Source: Eledone cirrhosa
Lineage: Eukaryota
Reading direction: 5' to 3'
Assembly: GCA_964016885.1 (NCBI GenBank)
Contig: OZ024752.1
Span: forward strand, 4,712,001-4,776,000
DNA length: 64,000 nucleotides
In this document: in pieces, positions 13,254-26,455 of the stretch
How the letters are laid out: each line of letters starts with the position of its first letter
Numbering within the stretch: the first letter of the stretch is position 1
Position numbers and translations under genes: made by a program
Notes under the pieces: model-generated
The model's database searches: none
What the model saw: the letters and a program-made list of their open reading frames with translations, nothing else
What the model was told of the DNA's origin: nothing

Positions 13254-13316
13254 TATTTTATTATATATATTTCAAGGGCGCCAAAACACTTTGGTACACT
13301 TTCTTCAGATAAAATA
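13254..13316 (-). ncRNA. Type I hammerhead ribozyme fold (Penelope-type), left arm of fold-back
   Basis: Reverse-complement copy of 13398-13460 with the core intact. Confidence 0.78.
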
Positions 13317-13397
13317 CAAAGTTTGTTTTATATCCAGGGAATATTCAACTAAGGTATGATTTTCCTGTGTATGTCTCTATTTATAAAACAAACTTTG

Positions 13398-13460
13398 TAT
13401 TTTATCTGAAGAAAGTGTACCAAAGTGTTTTGGTGCCCTTGAAATATATATAATAAAATA
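13398..13460 (+). ncRNA. Type I hammerhead ribozyme fold (Penelope-type), right arm of fold-back
   Basis: UAUUUUAU-CUGAAGA-[AAG UGUACCAAA GUG UUUUGGUGC C CUU]-GAAA-UAUAUA-UA-AUAAAAUA: 8-bp stem I, long stem II, minimal palindromic stem III, AUA cleavage triplet. Confidence 0.8.
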
Positions 13461-13526
13461 TATATGGTTTTATAAATATAGTTTCCATTTATTTAATATC
13501 ATTGTATATATATATATGTGTATATA

Positions 13527-13596
<70 letters not shown>

Positions 13597-13844
13597 TATA
13601 TATACACACACACACATATATATACACACACATATATATACACACACCAATATATATACACACACACACACACACATATATATATAGGAAAAAGTATGAC
13701 CCAACAGCAGAGCTCAAGCCGTTTCGACAGTTATTTCTGGACTATTTTTCCTATTACCCTAAATATTGAGTACTCTGGTGCGTTATGGTCCATCTGTTCC
13801 TTACCACATTTCCTTTGTTATATATATATACAACATTATTATTT

Positions 13845-14025
13845 TGGCAGTATCGGTAGAGGGTCGGACACCATGATTTGACGCATAGAGTTACGGCCCT
13901 TGCCATTCTGAGTTTGAATCCCGTCGAGGTTAACTTTGCTTTTCATCCTTACGGGGTCGATAAAATAAAGTACCAGTAATGTACTGGGTTATTTCTGGCC
14001 TTGTGCCAAAAGTAGAAACAATTAT
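13845..14025 (+). mobile_element. SINE family B
   Basis: Matches 7626-7815. Confidence 0.82.
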
Positions 14026-14377
14026 TATTATTATTACTATATATATACATATATATATATATATACATATATACACACACACATATATATATATATACAC
14101 ATATATATATAAATATGTATATATGCATATATATATATACAAGTGTGTAGGTGTGTATCTGGTATAATTTTTGTTGATTTTGTTTTGTTTTGTACAGTTC
14201 TTTTATTTACTTTCTGTTTCCTTCTAAATGTCCCCTTATTGCTGCTCCCTTCCTTGCCAACTGTCTGCTGCTGTGTAGCAGCAGACTTGATGGGATCAAA
14301 GAGATTGGCTTGCAAATATTCTAATAGGCTGGAGAGACTGCAGGTTATTTATTCATGGTTTGCCCTCTTTCTCACTT

Positions 14378-14445
<68 letters not shown>

Positions 14446-14600
14446 CCCCCCTCTCTCTAGCTCCCTCTATCCCCCTATGTCTATGTCTCTGGCTATTTCT
14501 CTCCATTTGTTTCTTCCATTCTTTCTCTCATTCCTTCTATCCCTTCTCTCTGTCTCTTTCTTACTCTCCCTCTCTGACCCCATTCGTTTCTTTTATTCCT

Positions 14601-14662
<62 letters not shown>
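14378..14662. repeat. (CT)n / pyrimidine-rich tract
   Basis: Directly visible. Confidence 0.9.
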
Positions 14663-14665
<3 letters not shown>

Positions 14666-14689
14666 ACAGGAGCCAAACCATAACTTAAT

Positions 14690-14976
14690 AACTGTTTCTA
14701 CTATTGGCACAAGGCCAGCAATTATTCCAGTACATTACTGGTACTTTATTTTATCGACCCCGTAAGGATGAAAGGCAAAGTTAACCTCGGCGGGATTTGA
14801 ACTCAGAATGGCAAGGGCCGTAACTCTATGCGTCAAAGCATGGCGTCCGACCCTCTACCGATACAGCCAATTCACCCTTAATAACAATAGTAATAATTGT
14901 TTCTACTTTTGGGACAAGGCCAGCAATTACTCCAGTGCATTACTGGTACTTTATTTTATCGACCCCGTAAGGATGA
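14690..14976 (-). mobile_element. SINE family B, full copy plus a 3' fragment
   Basis: Matches the reverse complement of 7626-7815. Confidence 0.82.
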
Positions 14977-15639
14977 TAGTAATAATGATTTCATACAGAA
15001 ATCTTTGGTGAGAACTGTCAATTTAACCCATCCCTAGTATTTGACTGGTATCCATTTTATTGGATTATAGGCAAATTGCCTTTAGCAGGGTTTGAAGTCC
15101 AAATATATAGGTATGAAGAAGAAATAAATTCTTTTATTGACCAAAATGTTTGAAGATGTTTAGGGCAGTACAAATGTCAACACCTTGGACCCAGGACAGC
15201 TCATCTCCTCTCTAAAATTGGATCAATGAAGGAGCCCCACGACGTTGGGAAGCTGCTGGAACTTGTTTCATTGACCGTTCATTGTCCGTTGAAATATCTT
15301 TAGCCTTTTTATCCACGGAGTGCAGCTGAAATACCACTCTGACCAAGATGTACAGTCTCTCACCCTTTCTCCATCCCCCCATCTTTCTTCCTTTGTCTTA
15401 TAGTCCTTGATCTCCCTTTCCTTTTTCTGTCATTTATGGCATTTATAGTTCTTTCTAATATTGCCCTTTTTTTCTATATATTTAACTAAATAAAAAAATT
15501 AATGATATCAAATATGAAATATATATATAATAACAACAAATAAGCAAAAAATCTGGGTAATCTGGGTAGTTTACATCAAGTAAAAAGGAAATTGGTCAAC
15601 ATATATGTGACATGTGATGCAGTAAATATATATATATAT

Positions 15640-15855
15640 AGTAATAATAAATGTGAAGTGTAAAATCCAAAGAGGGCTCAATGAGGATAAATATATATCA
15701 AATATATAAGAACCCTAGAGCAAATATTCATTAAAATAACAGATTAAATTTTAAGCAAAGAATCGCTGCTTTCACCCTTAACGGGATCTTCTGAAACTTC
15801 TGAAGATCCCGTTAAAGGTGAAAGCAGCGATTCTTTGCTTAAACTTTAATCTGTT

Positions 15856-15862
<7 letters not shown>
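15640..15862. mobile_element. Putative Penelope-like fold-back fragment with a ~118-bp palindrome
   Basis: Near-perfect inverted repeat 15738-15855 centred on c(t/a)gaaga-tccc..ggt-gaaa; flanked by (TA)n. Confidence 0.6.
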
Positions 15863-15886
<24 letters not shown>

Positions 15887-15934
15887 CATACATATACATA
15901 TATACATACATATATACATACATATATATATACC

Positions 15935-16830
15935 CCCGTCCCACCACCCCCACCCCATCCACACCGCCCCTTTCAATGTAAAGTTATGTTGGTGCCACAA
16001 CATCCAGGCCGAAACAAATGAGATCGTGTAGGTGTCATGACAAAAAAACACAGAGTCCACGCTGTAATGTGGCCGTGTAGGCAACACGGTAAAAACCTCC
16101 CAGCCCCACACTGTAAATGTGGTTGGTGTTAGGAAGGGCATCCAACTGTAGAAAACCCGCCAGACAGTCCACGCTGTAATGTGGCCGTGTAGGCAACACG
16201 GTAAAAACCTCCCAGCCCCAAACTGTAAATGTGGTTGGTGTTAGGAAGGGCATCCAGCTGTAGAAAACCCGCCAGACAGTCCACGCTGTAATGTGGCCGT
16301 GTAGGCAACACGGTAAAAACCTCCCAGCCCCAAACTGTAAATGTGGTTGGTGTTAGGAAGGGCATCCAGCTGTAGAAAACCCGCCAGACAGTCCACGCTG
16401 TAATGTGGCCGTGTAGGCAACACGGTAAAAACCTCCCAGCCCCACACTGTAAATGTGGTTGGTGTTAGGAAGGGCATCCAACTGTAGAAAACCCGCCAGA
16501 CAGTCCACGCTGTAATGTGGCTGTGTAGGCAACACGGTAAAAACCTCCCAGCCCCAAACTGTAAATGCGGTTGGTGTTAGGAAGGGCATCCAACTGTAGA
16601 AAACCCGCCAGACAGTCCACGCTGTAATGTGGCCGTGTAGGCAACACGGTAAAAACCTCCCAGCCCCACACTGTAAATGTGGTTGGTGTTAGGAAGGGCA
16701 TCCAGCTGTAGAAAACCCGCCAGACAGTCCTATGCGAGCAAGACAATCACTCTTGCCTCAAGTGGGAAAACCCCCGTCCAAACCCATGCAAGCGTGGAAC
16801 ACGGACGTTAAACGTTGATGATGATGATGA
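15935..16830 (+). mobile_element. Headless RTE-tailed element with a 6 x 112-bp internal tandem array (16054-16730)
   Basis: The unit contains the family A block ggttggtgttaggaagggcatccagctgtagaaa; ends in tail cgtccaaacccatgcaagcgtggaacacggacg(TGA)n. Confidence 0.8.
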
Positions 16831-17349
16831 TATATATATACTAGGTCTGAACACAAAGGAACCAAATTCCCACTGTAACTGCCTCTGTCTCTCCCTATCT
16901 CTCACTATCTCACTATTATGAGCAAATGGGGGCCCAAGCACTGGCCACCCTGCAGCCCCAGCGGACAGTAAACAAATTAATTGACAGGTAATAATAAATA
17001 GAACAGAAGAAAAAATAAAAACAAGAATCTTCAATAGGGAGAGAAATGACATAGGGTGATTCAGGTAGTTCAAATACAACCCCTAACTACCATGTCCTTC
17101 TCCTGCTGCCCTATAATGGTGGTTAAAACACCTTTTACTCAATTAATCCAGCACTTTAACCACTTAGGCAGTTGGACAGTTGGATGTAACTGTATACCTC
17201 AGATCATGTTGTCCGACGCTCTACTGATTCAGCCAATCCACTACTAATATTAATCATCATCATCATTTCTGTTTAATGTCAATTTTTGCACACACTCGCA
17301 TGGGTTAAATGGAGGCAAGTCTGGCCAGGGTTGGCCATAATGATAATAA

Positions 17350-17862
17350 TGATTGTTTCTACTTTAGGCACAAGGCCAGCAATTACCCAGTGTATTACTG
17401 GTACTTTATTTTATCGACCCTGTAAGGATGAAAGGCAAAGTTAACCTCGGCAGGATTTGAACTCAGATCAGAAAGGGGCGTAACTCTATGCTACTGATAA
17501 TAATGATTGTTTTTACATTTGGCACAAGGCCAGCAATTTGAAGGGACGGGGAAAGCTGACTAAATCGAACTCAGAATGTAAAGGACCGTAACTCTGTCAT
17601 GCAAAGCATGCTGTCTGATGCTCTACCAGTACTGCCAATAATAATAATAATAGCTACAACAACAACAGCAATAGTAATAATTGTTTCTACTTTAGGCACA
17701 AGGCCAGCAATTACCCAGTGCATTACTGGTACTTTATTTTATCGACCCCGTAAGGATGAAAGGCAAAGTTAACCTCGGCCGGATTTTAACTCATAATGGC
17801 AAGGGCCGTAACTCCATGCTTCAAAGCGTGGCGTCCGACCCTCTGCCAATCCTCCGCCCTTA
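17350..17862 (-). mobile_element. Cluster of three family B SINEs
   Basis: Three tails attgtttctac..ggcacaaggccagcaatt at about 17351, 17506 and 17680, same orientation. Confidence 0.8.
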
Positions 17863-18031
17863 GCAATAGTAATAATAATAAAAATAATCACCGTCATCAG
17901 GCAAAACCCACCTTCTCGTTATTTTTGTTGTTGTTATTTCATTATTTTATTTTAGCCAGCTCTGCAGCTTGGTCATAAAACTCATCTAGTTATCAGAAAG
18001 AGCCACAAGATCAGCAGCAACAGGTATATCG

Positions 18032-18066
<35 letters not shown>

Positions 18067-18759
18067 ATTGCCACCTCCTCCCCACCAGTCTTTAACCAAT
18101 TGATGCTTTGCTATTGCAGGATCAATAAAAGACAGAAAAGTGTCATTAGCAAAAGGCATTTAAACAGCTGCTATAGTAATATAATATTTCTTTATGTGTA
18201 GCCTCTTACATCAAACATTCACTGACCTCCATCAACATCAACAACAACAACAACAACGTAATCATCATCACCACCACCACCACCACCAACTTAATCACCA
18301 CCACCACCACTGACACCACCAACACCAACAATAACATCCTTATCTTAATCACCACCACCACCACCACCACCACCACTGCCATTACAATATTTCCCAATTA
18401 AAAGAGCAGAGATGATGACCAGCCACCCACAGACTAACTGACCTACGTCAAATTCAAACAGGAAGAAAAATAACACCGCCACCTCCAGTACCACCACCAC
18501 CACTACTACCTTCACTACTACTTCCACCACCATCACTACTCTGACTACTACTACTACTACTCTCCCTAACATGTCCTGATTCATCCTATCATGTCTAACT
18601 TCTAATTGGTTGTTTGGTCTGCTACAAATATCAGCTGAGTTTCATTCAAATCACATGTTTAAAAAAAAAGGTATTGCAGAATGTATTCCTAGATATAGGA
18701 AACACAAAAGATATGATCAGTGATGGAATTTGATCATATCTTTGATTATATATAATAAT

Positions 18760-18945
18760 AATTGTTTCTACTTTTGGCACAAGGCTAGCAATTACTCAGT
18801 GTATTACTGGTATTTTATTTTATCGACCCCTTAAGGATGAAAGGCAAAGTTAACCTCGGCGGGATTTGAACTCAGAATGGCAAGGGCCGTAACTCTATGC
18901 GTCAAAGCATGGCGTCCAACCCTCTACCAATACTGCCAATCTACC
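18760..18945 (-). mobile_element. SINE family B
   Basis: Matches the family consensus seen in this window. Confidence 0.82.
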
Positions 18946-19224
18946 ATAATAATGGAAATTATTATGTACAGTGCTCAGGTACACGACAACTCATCAAAGG
19001 TGTATGTATAGTACATAGAATAATGTACAATTGTCAGGAAAATGAACAATCTATGGGCCATGATATACACACAGATACATGCGTGCATGTGTATGGAGGG
19101 GGACTATCAGGTGTAGTGTTGGTGAATTTTGTGAAGCATGGAAGTTTTGTTAGAGTGATCATATGTTAGTTTGATCAGTACTAACATGAGGCTAAAAATA
19201 AAATCTATTTCTATCATTATTTCT

Positions 19225-19408
19225 TGGATTGGCAGTATCGGGAGAGAGTCGGACACCATGCTTTCCAGCATAGTTACGTCCCTTTACAATCTGAGTTCAA
19301 ATCCCGCCGAGGTTAACTTTGCCTTTCATCCTTACGGGGTCGATAAAATAAAGTACCAGTAATACACTGGGTAATTGCTGGCCTTGTGTCAAAAGTAGAA
19401 ACAATTAT
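19225..19408 (+). mobile_element. SINE family B
   Basis: Matches the family consensus seen in this window. Confidence 0.82.
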
Positions 19409-19542
19409 TTCTTACAGTCTCCAATGTTTACAAGATTTTTGTTTTAATCATGATTACTCACGCAAGGGGTGACAAATTAGCAATTTTGGTGGACTTATTG
19501 AGACTTAGAAGCTCCCTCATCTTGAGATTCCAATGATCTCAG

Positions 19543-19775
19543 TCAGTTACATCTATCAATACATCCCATATCTTGAGACACAGGAGGTAGCCAAAGTGCT
19601 CCAATGACCGTGGTCACTTACATCTATCAATACATCCCATATCTTGAGACACAGGAGGTAGCGAAAGTGCTCCAATGACCATGGTCAGTTACATCTATCA
19701 ATACATCCCATATCTTGAGACACATGAGGCAGCCAAAGTGCTCGAATGATCACAGTCAGTTACATCTATCAAAAC
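19543..19775. repeat. ~70-bp tandem repeat, about 3.3 copies
   Basis: cagttacatctatcaatacatcccatatcttgagacacaggagg.. repeated; possibly within a decayed LINE. Confidence 0.8.
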
Positions 19776-20042
19776 ATCGTTCCAGCTTTTGTTGACAGCT
19801 TTCAGGTTTCTGTCAGTTGTCTGTCAGCAGTTCATCTTCGGACATCCTCTTTCCATAGGGATATTGTTAGCAATACAGGATCTGAATAGTCTGATGTCTC
19901 TCACTCGGGAGTCATGTGATGTGTCCCAACCAAGTTGACATGATGTTAGACACACATTGTTGGTGGGTTCATTGACAGACTTCTTGATACCATGCTGGAG
20001 CAGTGGACAAAAGGGTTTGCAGTATGTACTTATGACTTTCTT

Positions 20043-20470
20043 CATTCTGAGTTCAAATCTTGCCTAGATCAACTTCGTCTTTCATCTTTCCTAGTTCAAT
20101 AGAATATAATACCAGTTACCTACTGAGGGTGATATAACACCAGTTAACTACTGGGGGTGATATAGTACCAGTTAACTACAGGTGGTGATATAGTACCAGT
20201 TAACTACTGGGGGTGAAATAGTACCAGTTAACTACTGAGGGTGATATAATACCAGTAAACTACTGGGGGTGATATAATACCAGTAAACTACTGGGGGGTG
20301 ATATAGTACCAGTAAACTACTGATAGTGATATAATACCAGTTAACTACTGATGGTGATGTAGTACCAGTTAACTACTGATGGTGATGTAGTACCAGTTAA
20401 GTTCTGGGATTGATGTATTTGACTTTCCCTTTCCCCAAAGTGCCAGCTTAGTGCCAATGTTAGAAAGAAT
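20043..20470 (+). mobile_element. Family B SINE with an internal 28-bp minisatellite (about 11 copies, 20105-20400)
   Basis: B box and core precede the array; the unit tagtaccagttaactactgggggtgata corresponds to the SINE gtaccagt..actgggg segment, and the SINE tail resumes afterwards. Confidence 0.75.
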
Positions 20471-20477
20471 TATGATT

Positions 20478-23318
20478 ACACACTCTTTCTCTCTCTTTCT
20501 CACACACACACACTCTCTCTCTTTCTCACACACACACACACTCTCTCTCTTTCTCACACACACACACTCTCTCTCTTTCTTACACACACACACTCTCTCT
20601 TTCACACACACACACTCTCTCTTTCTCACACACACTCTCTCTTTCACACACACACACACTCTCTCTTTCTCACACACACACACTCTCTCTCTTTCACACA
20701 CACACACACTCTCTCTCTTTCACACACACACACTCTCTCTTTCACACACACACACTCTCTCTCTTTCACACACACACACTCTCTCTTTCACACACACACA
20801 CTCTCTCTTTCACACACACACACTCTCTCTCTTTCACTCACACACACTCTCTCTTTCACACACACACTCTCTCTCTTTCACACACACACACTCTCTCTTT
20901 CACACACACACACTCTCTCTTTCACACACACACACTCTCTCTTTCACACACACACTCTCTCTCTCTTTCACACACACACACTCTCTCTTTCACACACACA
21001 CACTCTCTCTTTCACACACACACTCTCTCTCTTTCACGCACACACACTCTCTCTCTTTCACACACACACTCTCTCTTTCACACACACTCTCTCTCTCTCT
21101 CTCTCTCTTTCACACACACACACACACACACTCTCTCTTTCTCACACACACACACGCTCTCTCTCTTTCACACATGCACACACACATGATCTCTCTCTTT
21201 CACACACACATGCTCTCTCTCTTTCTCACACACACACACTCTCTCTCTTTCACACACACACACTCTCTCTTTCACACACACACACTCTCTCTTTCACACA
21301 CACACACACTCTCTTTCACACACACACACACTCTCTCTTTCTCACACACACACACTCTCTCTCTTTCACACACACACACTCTCTCTCTTTCACACACACA
21401 CACTCTCTCTTTCACACACACACACTCTCTCTCTTTCACACACACACACACTCTCTCTCTTTCACACACACACACACTCTCTCTTTTACACACACACACT
21501 CTCTCTCTTTCACACACACTCTCTCTCTTTCACACACACACACTCTCTCTCTTTCACACACACACACTCTCTCTCTTTCACACACACACACTCTCTCTCT
21601 CTTTCACACACACACACTCTCTCTTTCACACACACACACTCTCTCTCTTTCACACACACACACACACTCTCTCTCTTTCACACACACACACTCTCTCTCT
21701 TTCACACACACACACACTCTCTCTCTTTCACACACACACACTCTCTCTCTCTTTCACACACACACACTCTCTCTTTCACACACACACACTCTCTCTCTTT
21801 CACACACACACACTCTCTCTCTCTTTCACACACACACACTCTCTCTTTCACACACACACACTCTCTCTCTTTCACACACACACACACACTCTCTCTCTTT
21901 CACACACACACACTCTCTCTCTTTCACACACACACACACTCTCTCTCTTTCACACACACACACTCTCTCTCTCTTTCACACACACACACTCTCTCTTTCA
22001 CACACACACACTCTCTCTTTCACACACACACACTCTCTCTCTTTCACACACACACACACACTCTCTCTCTTTCACACACACACACTCTCTCTCTTTCACA
22101 CACACACACACTCTCTCTCTTTCACACACACACACTCTCTCTCTCTTTCACACACACACACTCTCTCTTTCACACACACACACTCTCTCTTTCACACACA
22201 CACACTCTCTCTCTTTCACACACACACACACACTCTCTCTCTTTCACACACACACACTCTCTCTCTTTCACACACACACACACTCTCTCTCTTTCACACA
22301 CACACACTCTCTCTCTCTTTCACACACACACACTCTCTCTTTCACACACACACACTCTCTCTTTCACACACACACACTCTCTCTCTTTCACACACACACA
22401 CACACTCTCTCTCTTTCACACACACACACTCTCTCTCTTTCACACACACACACACTCTCTCTCTTTCACACACACACACACTCTCTCTCTTTCACACACA
22501 CACACTCTCTCTTTCACACACACACACTCTCTCTCTTTCACACACACACTCTCTCTTTCACACACACACTCTCTCTTTCACACACACACACTCTCTCTTT
22601 CACACACACTCTCTCTCTCTCTCTCTCTCTTTCACACACACACACACACACACTCTCTCTTTCTCACACACACACACGCTCTCTCTCTTTCACACATGCA
22701 CACACACATGATCTCTCTCTTTCACACACACATGCTCTCTCTCTTTCTCACACACACACACTCTCTCTCTTTCACACACACACACTCTCTCTTTCACACA
22801 CACACACTCTCTCTTTCACACACACACACACTCTCTTTCACACACACACACACTCTCTCTTTCTCACACACACACACTCTCTCTCTTTCACACACACACA
22901 CTCTCTCTCTTTCACACACACACACTCTCTCTTTCACACACACACACTCTCTCTCTTTCACACACACACACACTCTCTCTCTTTCACACACACACACACT
23001 CTCTCTTTCACACACACACACTCTCTCTCTTTCACACACACTCTCTCTCTTTCACACACACACACTCTCTCTCTTTCACACACACACACTCTCTCTCTCT
23101 TTCACATACGCTCTCTCTCTCTCTCTCTTTAACACACACACGCTCTCTCTCTCTTTCACACACTCTCTCTCTCTCTCTCTCTTTCACACACACACACTCT
23201 CTCTCTCTTTCACACATTCTCTCTCTCTCTCTCTCTTTCACACACACACACTCTCTCTCTCTTTCACACTCTCTCTCTCTCACACACAGAAACACTCACT
23301 CCCTCTCTCACACACACT
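20478..23318. repeat. ~2.8-kb compound (CA)n(CT)nTT satellite with a higher-order duplication
   Basis: Unit tt(ca)5-7(ct)4-6; a diagnostic variant block recurs at an offset of 1522 bp. Confidence 0.95.
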
Positions 23319-23761
23319 TGGTTCAATTCATCAGGTAGTTTTCTAACTATTGTTTTTGAATTTCTGTCAAAGTTGGTATTTGTCAGTTCAGTAAGCTGTG
23401 AGCACATGTCACATGTCTGATCTGTTTGTGTGTGCTATACATATGTATGTATGTGTCACTGAAAATGTGTGTTTCAGTGATTGTATACGTCTCTTAAGAA
23501 TGTGTGTGTGCATGTATGCATGTGTGAAAGTGAATGTGTGTCTTTGAGCGTGAGTATATGTATGTACCTCTCTCATCATCACCTTCAATTACTGTAGGTC
23601 GAAAGATCTCATTCCATCATTTATTACAACAGCAGTTCAGTGAACTGACTCAACAATTTGATCACATGACACTCTAATATACCACCACCACCACTATCTC
23701 AGTGGGGCTTTGTCCTTATTTCATTCATTAGACATTTTTAATTGCCAGGAGGTTGAATGTG

Positions 23762-24490
23762 GTTGTGTGAGCTGTGTTGTTGTGTGAGCTGTGTTATTGT
23801 CTGAGCTGTGTTGTGTGAGCTGTGTTGTTGTGTGAGCTGTGTTGTTGTGTGAGCTGTGTTATTGTCTGAGCTGTGTTGTGTGAGCTGTGTTATTGTCTGA
23901 GCTGTGTTGTGTGAGCTGTGTTGTTGTGTGAGCTGTGTTATTGTCTGAGCTGTGTTATTGTCTGAGCTGTGTTATTGTGTTAGCTGTGTTATTGTCTGAG
24001 CTGTGTTGTGTGAGCTGTGTTGTTGTGTGAGCTGTGTTGTGTGAGCTGTGTTGTTGTGTGAGCTGTGTTATTGTGTTAGCTGTGTTATTGTGTGAGCTGT
24101 GTTATTGTCTGAGCTGTGTTGTGTGAGCTGTGTTGTTGTCTGAGCTGTGTTGTGTGAGCTGTGTTGTTGTGTGAGCTGTGTTGTTGTGTGAGCTGTGTTG
24201 TTGTGTGAGCTGTGTTATTGTGTGCTGTGTTGTGTGTCAGCTGTGTTGTGTGTCAGCTCTGTTGTGTCTGCTGTGTTGTCGTGTCAGCTGTGTTGAGTGT
24301 CAGCTGTGTTGTTGTGTCAGCTGTGTTGTTGTGTCAGCTGTGTTATTGTGTCAGCTGTGTTGTTGTGTCAGCTGTGTTGTGTCAGCTGTGTTGTGTGCGC
24401 TGTGTTGTTGTGTCAGCTGTGTTGTGTCAGCTGTGTTATTGTGTCAGCTGTGTTGTGTGCGCTGTGTTGTTGTGTCAGCTGTGTTGTGTT
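23762..24490. repeat. 16/19-bp minisatellite (agctgtgttgttgtgtg)
   Basis: Directly visible; shifts from the gagctg to the cagctg variant left to right. Confidence 0.92.
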
Positions 24491-26369
24491 TTTAAGTTTG
24501 TCATGGCCTGCCTTTGTTACCAGCTTCCTCAAATCAAAACAACTGCTTCTTTATTCAGTTTGTTGTCTGGTTTCATGGATCTTTATTTCATTTCTTATCT
24601 GCTTTTAAAGATCAAAACAAGTTGCTTTCGTTATTTAATTAAAATGAAATACCAAATCTTCTTCAGCTTCACTTGATATATTTTATGTCAGCAGATTGTG
24701 CTATCTGTTTTGTTGTTGTTATTACTGTTCAGCCTTTGGTCAGCTTGCTCTGATTGATCAAATCAGATTAAAGGCAGTCCAGCCATGACCATCCTATATT
24801 CTATTCTATTCTGACAGTGAATCTCTACCCACAGATGTGGTGTTATATAATTTTTTATGCACTAAGAATTACATAAGAAATTATAAGTTGGACTCATAGG
24901 ATTTTGTCCTGTTACTGGACAGACATAAATGGAACTGATTTTTAGAATCAGTGCAGCACTAAATTATAACAACTGGGCCATTATATATCCAGGAAAAAAA
25001 AGATTTTGAAAAATCTAACATAAAAACAGATAAATAAATAATGACCTGATGATTTCAAATAAATGAACTGTTCTAGTCCTGTAGAAGTTATTTTTGTATG
25101 AAATAAATCATATATATATTTGTATGTATATATATATATGTATGTATGTATATATTTATATATATATATATATCACATCTGTATATATATATATATATAT
25201 ATATCATAAAACATGTCTATAGAATCACCAGATAAAATATATACCATTTCCAGATAAAGTATATATCATTTCCAGTGACCCGTTGCAAAACACATATATA
25301 TATATATATGTAAACCTTTATATATATATATATATATATATATTTCTTTTTATACAGATGAGATTTTGGCTTTGCTTGATTAACAAGTATGATGATGAGA
25401 TAGTGCTGTAGTCAGGTGTTTAGCCTTAATATAGGACCTAAGCCAACCATCTGTGAAATGATCGTAACTGTGTATAATCAATTGAAACCTTGCTTTGTTT
25501 TCAATATATATATAATCATTAGGAAAGGCATCCAGCCATACAAATCAAGCCCAAAACAGTTCTGTGTAAGCAAAACAGTCCTTTGATCTGCATTTCTCAC
25601 AATGGGACAACACATTCTACACAAGCTAAATGATGATGAGGAGGAGGATCAGGTGTTTTAAGGCAATCTTTTCATGTTGGATACCCATCCTAATGACAAC
25701 CTCATTTAGTCACTTCTTGCAACAAGCAAGGATACCCAATTATACCATGTAGCTATTCTGAAAATTGTGATATAGTCAAGTAAAACCTCCTGACAGTGTT
25801 GCTCCAGCATGGTCATAGTCCAATGACAGACAGCAACAGTAAAAAAAGAGAACAAGAGAAAAAACAAAACAAAAACAATTAAAGAATAAAAGAATATCTT
25901 TTGGGCTGCAAGAAATCACTTTAATAATTCAAACAATCAGGATGTCCAGTGATTGTAATGGAGGCGTTAAATGTATCAAAAATGACCTAGATTTCTCTCC
26001 TTTAATATTAGTGTAGAATTTACTTTAATAGTCCATCTTTTGCTACCTTGTGGATATGGACACCTACCCTCTCACTTCAAACTTCAAATGAAAGCTATGG
26101 ATTCTTCATATTTCTTCACTACATTACACTATTATTATGTTATTGCTTTCATTCTCTTTTGTTTTTGTTTGTTTGTTTGGTTTTTTTTTTTTTCATTTTT
26201 CATTTTCTTTTTCTTTTTCATTTGATCTTAAAATTCTATTCTACTTCCATTTCTTTCATCTCTCATTTAATATAATTCTACATTTTGGCAGTCAGTAAGA
26301 CATCCATTACTTTTCCAGCCTACTATAGATGTACAAATCACTAGAGAAGCTTCCTCTATAAACAGACTA

Positions 26370-26409
26370 ACACATACATACCTACACACTCTCACATGCC
26401 CTAATATAG

Positions 26410-26455
<46 letters not shown>

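Noticed and set aside
18957-20040. Possible decayed CR1-group LINE on the minus strand
   Set aside because: Only faint peptide resemblance; not enough to call without a search.
20451-23346. 893-aa His/Thr/Leu/Ser ORF
   Set aside because: Translation of a dinucleotide satellite that lacks stop codons.
24178-24608. Cys-rich metallothionein/keratin-like ORFs
   Set aside because: Translation of the 16/19-bp minisatellite.
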